64,000 nt of DNA from Alphaproteobacteria bacterium (GTDB taxonomy: Bacteria; Pseudomonadota; Alphaproteobacteria; UBA2966), in NCBI GenBank assembly GCA_030740435.1, contig JASLXG010000066.1, forward strand, positions 24,603 to 88,602. The letters run 5' to 3'. The notes below the pieces were generated by a model that was given only the letters and a program-made list of their open reading frames with translations, ran no database searches and was not told the DNA's origin. A program made the position numbers and the translations under genes. Positions 1-6,649 of the stretch are shown piece by piece; position 1 is the first letter of the stretch; the number at the start of each line of letters is the position of its first letter.

Positions 1-2
1 TG

Positions 3-230
3 CACAACGGCAACTTCTTCGAACTCAGCGAAGTGGTCGAGTTCTACAACGAAGGCGGTGACCAGAACGAGTTCTCGGCCAACAAGACCAAGTTGCTCAA
101 GCCCCTCAACCTCTCGGACGAGGAGCAGGAGGACCTGGTGGCCTTCCTGGATTCCCTGAGCGGCGACGAAATCAAGATCACGTCGCCCAAGCTGCCGCCC
201 TATGCGCCGCTGCCGGCGTCGACGAATTGA
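3..230 (+). CDS. Cytochrome c peroxidase (CCP/MauG family) C-terminal fragment; the 5' end lies outside the window
   Basis: The frame starting at nt 3 translates to HNGNFFELSEVVEFYNEGGDQNEF...LNLSDEEQEDLVAFLDSL, the conserved C-terminal region of bacterial di-haem cytochrome c peroxidases. The stop is at 228-230. Confidence 0.55.
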   Translation, partial: HNGNFFELSEVVEFYNEGGDQNEFSANKTKLLKPLNLSDEEQEDLVAFLDSLSGDEIKITSPKLPPYAPLPASTN

Positions 231-244
231 GCGGGGATGCAATC

Positions 245-835
245 ATGAAAATCGAAACGCAAACTGTGATTTCCGCCCACCAGGCCCACGACATGGTGGC
301 TTCTGGGGCGGTCCACGAAGGCCACGGCAAGTGCCTGATGAGCCGGCGCCAGTTCCTGCTGACCTCGGGTGCCACCAGCGTCGTGATGGTCAGTGCCGGT
401 CCCGGCCTGGCTGCCGCGCCGGCCGTGGTGTCGGGTTATAAGCGCCAGAAGATCGCCAAGCTGAGCCAGCTCAAGACCGACCAGCCGGTCGATTTCAAAT
501 ACCCTGACCAGGGAGCCTTCTCGGAATCGATGGTGGTCAAGTTGGGCACGGAAGCCGGCGGCGGCGTCGGTCCGGGCCGCGACGTGGTGGCCTTCAACTA
601 TGCCTGCACCCATCAGGGCGGGACTTTGAGCGGCACCTACAAGGGCGACACCAAGTCGCTGGGCGCCTGCCCGCTGCACCTTTCGACCTATGACCTGACG
701 CGCCACGGCATTTTGATCTCGGGCCAGGCCTACCAGAGCCTGCCCCAGGTGCTGCTGGAGTTGAAGGGCGACGATGTTTTTGCCGTGGGCGTCTTCGGGC
801 TGATCTTCGGCCGCTACGACAATCTGTTGGGTTAG
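245..835 (+). CDS. aioB: Arsenite oxidase small subunit, Tat-exported Rieske [2Fe-2S] protein (AioB-like)
   Basis: Twin-arginine signal SRRQFLLTSGA. Rieske boxes CTH (box I) and CPLH (box II) are about 20 aa apart. It is immediately upstream of an AioA-like gene, the arrangement typical of aioBA. The start is ambiguous (TTG 227, ATG 245, 293 or 338). Confidence 0.65.
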   Translation: MKIETQTVISAHQAHDMVASGAVHEGHGKCLMSRRQFLLTSGATSVVMVSAGPGLAAAPAVVSGYKRQKIAKLSQLKTDQPVDFKYPDQGAFSESMVVKLGTEAGGGVGPGRDVVAFNYACTHQGGTLSGTYKGDTKSLGACPLHLSTYDLTRHGILISGQAYQSLPQVLLELKGDDVFAVGVFGLIFGRYDNLLG

Positions 836-848
836 GGAGCCAGGAACG

Positions 849-3521
849 ATGACAACACCCTATTACATTCCGGAAACCAACGTTCCGCTGCCGCCCAAGG
901 ACGCGGACGTCATCACCACCGCCTGCGACTACTGCATCGTGGCCTGCGGCTTCAAGGTCTACCGCTGGCCGGTGGCCGGCAACAACAAGGGTGGCCCCAA
1001 GGCCGGCCAGAACGCTTTCGGCGTCGACTTCCCGGTCTCCGCGCTGGGCGAGTGGGTGGCTCCCAACCAGCACAACATCGTGCTGCACAAGAACCAGCCC
1101 CACCACATCGTGATCATCCCCGACAAGGCCACCAAGCACGTCAACACGGATGGTGATTCGAGCCTGCGTGGCGGCTGCATCGCGCAAAAGGTCTACAATC
1201 CCCAGACGCCGACGCGCGACCGTCTGAAATCACCCTTTATGCGCATCTACGGCATCTTGCAGCCGGTGACCTGGGATTTCGCCCTCGACGTGGCGGCCGA
1301 GGTGGGGCGCCATGTCATCGCCAAGCACGGCGACAACGCCTATGGCGTCAAGACGTATTCCTACCAGTACATCGAGAACACCTACGCCATCACCAAGTTC
1401 GCGCTCCGCCACATCCGCACGGCCAACTTCACCTTCCATGATACGCCCTCGGACGTGTCGTCGACACCGGGCTTTCGCGACGCCGGCTTCGACAACTTCG
1501 GGCCGGCCTACGAAGACTGGATGAACGCCGAAACATTGTTCATGTGCGGCACCGATCCCTACGAGACCAAGACCATCCTCTTCACCCAGTGGATCATGAA
1601 GGGCATCCAGAACGGTCAGAAGGCCATCTTCATGCTGCCCCGCCGCACCGCCGGCGTTGCCTATGGCGAGAAGAACGGCGGCCTCTGGCTCGACGTAACC
1701 CCGGGCACCGACCTCCTGGTCATCAACGCCATCGCCCGCACCATCGTCGAGAACGGCTGGGAGGATTCGGAGTGGATCAAGAAGTGGGTCAACAACAAAT
1801 GGGAATCCTCCTCGGGCTTCGGCCAGGGCACGCGCAACACGCCCTGGCAGTGGCGCACCACCTGGGGCAAGTTCCAGACCAAGGGTTTCGCCGACTGGAA
1901 GAAGTGGCTCTTGAGCCGCGATGAGTTCAAGGTCGAAAACGCTTCCGCCGTCTCGGGCGTCGCCGCCAAGAAGATCCTGACCGCCGCCGAGTGGCTGGCC
2001 AAGCCCAAGAACGGCAAGCGGCCCAAGTCCTCGATCATGATCGAGAAGGGCCTTTACTGGTCCAACAACACCGGCAGCACCGAGGCCATCTCGGCGCTCG
2101 GCATTATCGTCGGGGCCGGCGGCCGGCCGGGCCAGGTCATCGGCCGGGCCGGCGGCCATCAGCGTGGCGGCCAGCGTGGCGGCAAATATCCGCGCAACAA
2201 GTCGCCCATGAAGGTGCCGGGCCGGCGCCGTCGGGCCCTGGATACCGATACCTGGACCATGGCCGGCCATACACACATGGCCCACGTCATCGGCACCACC
2301 TGGATCCAGTCCATGTGCGGCTCGCAGCAACTGGCCAAGCGCTTCCACGAACTGACGCTGGCCAACCCGCATCAGGTGCGTTCCTACGACAAGAGGGACA
2401 TCATCGAGAGTCTCAAGAAACGGGCCGATTCGGGCGGCATGGTGGTGATCAACCAGGAAATCTATCTGGTCGATCCCATCGGCAACCGTTATGCCGACAT
2501 CATCTTCCCGGCCGCCACCTGGGGCGAGGACAACTTCATGCGGGCCAACGGCGAACGCCGGCTCAGGCTCTACCAGAAGTTCTACGACGCCCCCGGCGAG
2601 GCCAAACCCGACTGGTGGATCATCGCCAACCTGGCCAAGCGCATGGGCTACGACGGCTTCGATTGGAAGAACTCCAACGACGTCGCCGAAGAGGCCTCGC
2701 GCTTCTCTCGCGGCAGCCGCAAGGACTTTCACATGGTCAAGGTGGCAGCCAAGCGCGAGGGCAAGACGCTGCACCGGAAGATGGCCGAATTCGGCACCAA
2801 CGGCATCCAGGGCCCGGTGTTCATGAACGACGACGGCTCGCTGATGGGCTGGAAGCGCTTGCATGACACCACCGCCAAACTGCCCGGTACGGGTCCGGCC
2901 GGGGCCAACGTCTTCAACAAGAAGTTGACCCACTTCAACAGCCAGACCGGCAAGTGCAACCTGCAGAAATCGCGCTGGTCGCTGTTTTCCGACTACTGGA
3001 ACTGGCTGAAGCCCAAGGGCGAGGAAATGTGGTGCACCTCGGGCCGCACCAACGAACGCTGGCAGTCGGGTTTCGACGACCGGCGCCGGCCCTACATCGT
3101 GCAGCGCTGGCCCGAGAACTATGTCGAGATGAGCCCCGAGGATGCCAAGGCCCGCGGCATCGAATCGGGAGATATGGTGATGGTCTACTCCGACCGGGTG
3201 CCCAGCCTGAAGGAAACCGTGCTCGGTGTCGAAGGCTCGGATTATTCCTTCGCCGGCCAGATGGCCAAGGGCAACGTCGAATTGACCCGGGCGGCGGTGA
3301 CCGGTGTGGCCATGGTGACGCGCCACATCAAGAAGGGCGTCCTCTATATGGACTTCCTGCACCCGGCCCAGCCGGCCAACGCGCTGGAGGGCCGCATCGT
3401 CGATTGGATCAGCGGCAATTATAATTACAAAATGGGCGTCGCCAAGGTGAAGAAGATCGGCGAATCCCCCTACAAGCGTTCCTTCCGCTCGATGTCGTTC
3501 GCGCCGCGCGATATCGTGTGA
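849..3521 (+). CDS. aioA: Arsenite oxidase large molybdopterin subunit (AioA-like, DMSO reductase superfamily), 890 aa
   Basis: The N-terminal C-X2-C-X3-C motif (TACDYCIVACGF) is typical of the AioA 3Fe-4S site rather than the 4-Cys motif of other Mo-bisPGD enzymes. Length and conserved blocks fit a molybdopterin oxidoreductase. It is paired with an upstream Rieske subunit. Confidence 0.7.
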   Translation: MTTPYYIPETNVPLPPKDADVITTACDYCIVACGFKVYRWPVAGNNKGGPKAGQNAFGVDFPVSALGEWVAPNQHNIVLHKNQPHHIVIIPDKATKHVNTDGDSSLRGGCIAQKVYNPQTPTRDRLKSPFMRIYGILQPVTWDFALDVAAEVGRHVIAKHGDNAYGVKTYSYQYIENTYAITKFALRHIRTANFTFHDTPSDVSSTPGFRDAGFDNFGPAYEDWMNAETLFMCGTDPYETKTILFTQWIMKGIQNGQKAIFMLPRRTAGVAYGEKNGGLWLDVTPGTDLLVINAIARTIVENGWEDSEWIKKWVNNKWESSSGFGQGTRNTPWQWRTTWGKFQTKGFADWKKWLLSRDEFKVENASAVSGVAAKKILTAAEWLAKPKNGKRPKSSIMIEKGLYWSNNTGSTEAISALGIIVGAGGRPGQVIGRAGGHQRGGQRGGKYPRNKSPMKVPGRRRRALDTDTWTMAGHTHMAHVIGTTWIQSMCGSQQLAKRFHELTLANPHQVRSYDKRDIIESLKKRADSGGMVVINQEIYLVDPIGNRYADIIFPAATWGEDNFMRANGERRLRLYQKFYDAPGEAKPDWWIIANLAKRMGYDGFDWKNSNDVAEEASRFSRGSRKDFHMVKVAAKREGKTLHRKMAEFGTNGIQGPVFMNDDGSLMGWKRLHDTTAKLPGTGPAGANVFNKKLTHFNSQTGKCNLQKSRWSLFSDYWNWLKPKGEEMWCTSGRTNERWQSGFDDRRRPYIVQRWPENYVEMSPEDAKARGIESGDMVMVYSDRVPSLKETVLGVEGSDYSFAGQMAKGNVELTRAAVTGVAMVTRHIKKGVLYMDFLHPAQPANALEGRIVDWISGNYNYKMGVAKVKKIGESPYKRSFRSMSFAPRDIV

Positions 3522-3530
3522 GTCGACTTG

Positions 3531-3573
3531 CGGGCGGGCTTGGCCGGGATTTTTTCTGGGTCAAGCCCGCCCG
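3531..3573 (+). terminator. GC-rich hairpin (12-bp perfect stem cgggcgggcttg/caagcccgcccg, 19-nt loop) between aioA and the HEAT-repeat gene; a possible partial terminator or attenuator
   Basis: The inverted repeat is read directly from the sequence and is followed by a moderately T-rich tract (atctttatgttcctttg). Downstream genes continue on the same strand, so full termination is unlikely. Confidence 0.3.
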
Positions 3574-3607
3574 ATCTTTATGTTCCTTTGGGATTAGAGT
3601 GCGATAA

Positions 3608-5803
3608 GTGATGAACCAGCATGACCCGCTTGCGCTCCAGCACAATGGAACGGCTGACGTCGTGGCCCTGAAGGCCAACGTCGTGGCCGCCCTGGCCGGC
3701 CTCCTGGGCCAAGGACCCGACGTGGTGCGCTGCGCCGCCGCCCGGGCCCTGGGGGTAATGGGATCCGAGGCTGCCGTCGAGCCACTGGTGGCGGCCTTGC
3801 TGGACGAGGACGAGGACGTGCGCACGGACGCCGCCGGGGCGCTGGCCCGTCTCGGCGCTGCGGCGGCCGACAAGCAGCTTCTGGAAAATTTGCTCGGCGA
3901 TCCCTGCGCCGACGTCAAGGCGGCCGCCATCCGGGCCCTGGCGGGCTCAAGGAATTCCGACGTCGTGCCTTGGCTGCGCCGCCTGGCGGCTGGCCGTGAC
4001 GAGGAGATCGCCTGGGACGAAGAGGCCTTTTTCGACCAGGACTGGGACGATTGGGTGGACTTGCAGGTGGCCGCCATCGAGGCCCTGGCCGAAATGGGCG
4101 GCACCGAGGCGGTGCCCGATATCGTCGCCGCCCTCGATGACGAATACGCCCAGGACATCACCGAGACCGCCTTCAAGGCCCTGGCGCGCCTGGGCGACGA
4201 GGGACTGACTGCGCTCTCGATCTATGCCGAGGGCGGCGACCAGCGCCTGCGCCGGCGCGCCGCGGCGGTCATGGCTACGGCCGGCGGCGAGGTGGCCGAG
4301 GCGGCGGTGGAGCGCGCGCTCGGCGATCCCGAGCCGGCCGTGCGCCTGGCCGTGGCCGAGGTGCTGGCCGCCAAGGCGGCCGCCGATCCCCGGCTCGAGG
4401 CTTTGCTCGGCGATGCCGATCCCGGGCTGCGCGCCATCGCGGCCGTGCGCTGGGGGGAGCACCACCCGGCCGGCCTGAGGCCGCTTTTCGAGGACCGCTC
4501 GGCCGCCGTGCGAACGGCTGCTTTCGCCGCCCTGGCGGCAGCCCCGGCCACTCCCGACGACGAAGGCCTGGCAGATCTCTTGCACCGTAACTTGGCGGCG
4601 ACGCCGGACCAGGTGCCGGCGGCCGCGGCCCAGGCCCTGGCGGCGCACTTCGGACAGGCGGCGCTCGATGACTTGGCGGCGCTGCTGGCGGACCGGTCCC
4701 GTGGACCGGAAGTGCGGCTGGGCGCGTTGCGTGGCCTTGGCCGTCTGGGCCTGGCGGCGGTGCCCGCGCTGAGCGGGCAATTGGCCGATGACGAACGCCA
4801 GATCCGCCTCGAAGCCATGACGGCGCTGGCCGGCGTCGCCAAGGCCGAGAGCTGGCCCAACGCCGCCGGCGAGAGCCTGCTGGCGGCCTTGCGCGGCGAG
4901 ATGGTGGCTGAGCCCGAGCCGGAACCAGAGGCCGAACCCGAGCCGGAACCAGAGCCCGAGCCCGAGCCCGACGAATCAGCCTTCCCGGAATCGACGCTGG
5001 CGGCCATCCTGGGCCCCGAATCGCCGCTGCTGGAAGCCCATGGCGAGGTCCGCGGTGGTGCCGAACTGGGTCCCGATGATTTGGAATTCCTCGGCTTGGC
5101 CCGCGAGGCCCGGCAGGCCGGCGGCAAGAAGCGGGTGCCGCTGGTGCCCGATGTGGCGACCCACCAGGACGTGCCGCGCTTTGCCGCCAACCTGCTCGGC
5201 GATATCGCCCGTGACGAAGTGGCGTTGGCGCTGACGCAAGCTCTGCCGGCCGCCGACCGCGAGTTGCGCATCGAGGCGGCGCGATCGTTGGGCCGCATCG
5301 GTGAGGTGCTGGGCGAGCTGCCCGAGGGGGCATTCGAGGCCCTGGCGGCGCTCAGCCAGGATCGTGAGCGCGATCTCAAGCTGGCCGCCGTGCGCAGCCT
5401 GGGCCTGGCTCCGCTGGCGCTGGCTGAGCCCTTGCTGCGGGCCGGACTCGAGGACGAGGACGGTTTCGTGCGCCGCGAGGCGGTCTCCGCCCTGGCCCGG
5501 CTGGGCCCCGTCGACGGTGCCGTCGACGCCCTTTTGCACGACAACGAGCCCGGCGTGCGCCTGGCCGTGGCGGAGGCGCTTTGCGCCTCGGGCCGCGAGG
5601 ACGCCCTGGCCCTGCTGATGGATTTCGCCTTTGCCTTCGGCGGCGCCCAGCGCCGCGAGGCCGGGCGGCTGCTGCGCCGCCTCGACGCCCCGGCCGCCAA
5701 TGCCCGGCTGTTGCAGGTGCTCGAAGACGAAAGCCGCGAGCCGGTCTGGCAGGTGGCCATCGAGATGCTGGAGGAAATCAATGCTTCCGTGGCGGGTGGA
5801 TAG
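3608..5803 (+). CDS. HEAT-repeat (PBS-lyase-like) protein, 731 aa, no signal peptide
   Basis: It contains many repeats of the form AAxALGxxG...AVxPLxxxLxDxDxxVRxxAAxAL, typical of HEAT/PBS-lyase repeats, and is Ala/Leu-rich. It also has an acidic (EP)n linker. Confidence 0.65.
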   Translation: MMNQHDPLALQHNGTADVVALKANVVAALAGLLGQGPDVVRCAAARALGVMGSEAAVEPLVAALLDEDEDVRTDAAGALARLGAAAADKQLLENLLGDPCADVKAAAIRALAGSRNSDVVPWLRRLAAGRDEEIAWDEEAFFDQDWDDWVDLQVAAIEALAEMGGTEAVPDIVAALDDEYAQDITETAFKALARLGDEGLTALSIYAEGGDQRLRRRAAAVMATAGGEVAEAAVERALGDPEPAVRLAVAEVLAAKAAADPRLEALLGDADPGLRAIAAVRWGEHHPAGLRPLFEDRSAAVRTAAFAALAAAPATPDDEGLADLLHRNLAATPDQVPAAAAQALAAHFGQAALDDLAALLADRSRGPEVRLGALRGLGRLGLAAVPALSGQLADDERQIRLEAMTALAGVAKAESWPNAAGESLLAALRGEMVAEPEPEPEAEPEPEPEPEPEPDESAFPESTLAAILGPESPLLEAHGEVRGGAELGPDDLEFLGLAREARQAGGKKRVPLVPDVATHQDVPRFAANLLGDIARDEVALALTQALPAADRELRIEAARSLGRIGEVLGELPEGAFEALAALSQDRERDLKLAAVRSLGLAPLALAEPLLRAGLEDEDGFVRREAVSALARLGPVDGAVDALLHDNEPGVRLAVAEALCASGREDALALLMDFAFAFGGAQRREAGRLLRRLDAPAANARLLQVLEDESREPVWQVAIEMLEEINASVAGG
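4908..4972 (+). repeat. Tandem DNA repeat of gagcccgagccggaaccagag-like units encoding an (EP)n low-complexity linker (AEPEPEPEAEPEPEPEPEPEPDE) inside the HEAT-repeat protein
   Basis: The direct repeat is visible in the sequence at about 4908-4972. Confidence 0.6.
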
Positions 5804-5841
5804 GGAGGCAAACGAACGATGCCAATGAGGAGAGGATGACA

Positions 5842-6618
5842 ATGAAAGCGCAGACGAAATTAGGCTCTTTGGCGATTGCCGTGGCGGTCGCGGTGGCCTT
5901 GGCGGCACCCGCCCAGGCGGCTAAGAAGTACAAGGAAATCGACGTCCAGAACGGCGCCACCATCAGCGGGCGTGTGAGCTTCGAAGGCGCGCTCCCGGCC
6001 GACGCGGTGGAGAAGATCCTGATCACCAAGGATCCCAAGATCTGCGGCGAGGGTGAACGCGAAGTGGTCTGGATCGACGTCAAGGACGGCGCGCTGCGCG
6101 GCAGCTTCGTCTTCATCAACAAAATAAAAGAGGGCAAGAAGTGGGGCGCCCCGACCGGCGGCAAGTACATCATCGACCAGAAGGGTTGCCGCTTCAATCC
6201 CTGGGCCCAGGTGGTGCAGCCCGGCCCCATCACCATCCGCCACTCGGACCCGGGGGCGCTGCATAACATCAACACGCGCGAGATCATCGGCGTGGGCAAG
6301 AAGAAGTCGGTCAAGCGCACCATGTTCAACTTCGGCCAGCCCGAGCCCGGCGATATCGAACAGGCGCTGAAGCCCAGGCGCTCAGCCTTCATCGGCATCA
6401 ACTGCGAGGCCCACAACTTCATGTTCGGCTACATGATGGCACCCAAACACCCCTATGCCGTGGTGGTCGCGGACGACGGCTCGTTCAGCCTTGGCGACGT
6501 GCCGCCAGGCAAGTATTCGGTGCGTGCCTGGCATCCCCGGCTCGGCCTCAAGAAGACCAAGATCACGGTGGCGGCCGGAGCCAAGGCGGAAGCCAATTTC
6601 GCTTTCAAGGCCAAGTAG
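5842..6618 (+). CDS. Secreted hypothetical protein (258 aa) with a signal peptide and carboxypeptidase-regulatory-like beta-sandwich motifs
   Basis: Signal peptide MKAQTKLGSLAIAVAVAVALAAPAQA with an AxA cleavage site. The C-terminal motif DDGSFSLGDVPPGKYSVRAWH resembles a CarbopepD_reg domain. A His/Met/Cys-rich patch INCEAHNFMFGYMMAPKH is present. The RBS aggagagg precedes the ATG at 5842. Confidence 0.45.
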   Translation: MKAQTKLGSLAIAVAVAVALAAPAQAAKKYKEIDVQNGATISGRVSFEGALPADAVEKILITKDPKICGEGEREVVWIDVKDGALRGSFVFINKIKEGKKWGAPTGGKYIIDQKGCRFNPWAQVVQPGPITIRHSDPGALHNINTREIIGVGKKKSVKRTMFNFGQPEPGDIEQALKPRRSAFIGINCEAHNFMFGYMMAPKHPYAVVVADDGSFSLGDVPPGKYSVRAWHPRLGLKKTKITVAAGAKAEANFAFKAK

Positions 6619-6649
6619 CGGCGCCGGACGGGTGCGAGCGGAGAGGACC

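Noticed and set aside
1230-3362. 710-aa minus-strand ORF antisense to aioA, plus many similar long antisense or alternate-frame ORFs (e.g. 594-1187, 1991-2866, 3409-4176, 4222-5811, 6605-8143, 6796-8772, 8724-10244)
   Set aside because: They overlap confidently assigned genes and are Arg/Ala/Gly/Pro-rich with no motifs. They are typical stop-codon-poor artefacts of a high-GC genome.
6455-6649. N-terminal extensions suggested by the ORF track (6455 for cydA-like 1; also 5581, 10622, 12580, 19187, 22165, 31614, 45256, 56470, 57647, 58892 and the upper 190 codons of 38290-40089)
   Set aside because: The extensions overlap upstream genes, are Arg-rich nonsense, and lack RBS support. Internal ATG/GTG starts with signal peptides or RBS motifs give proteins of family-typical length.
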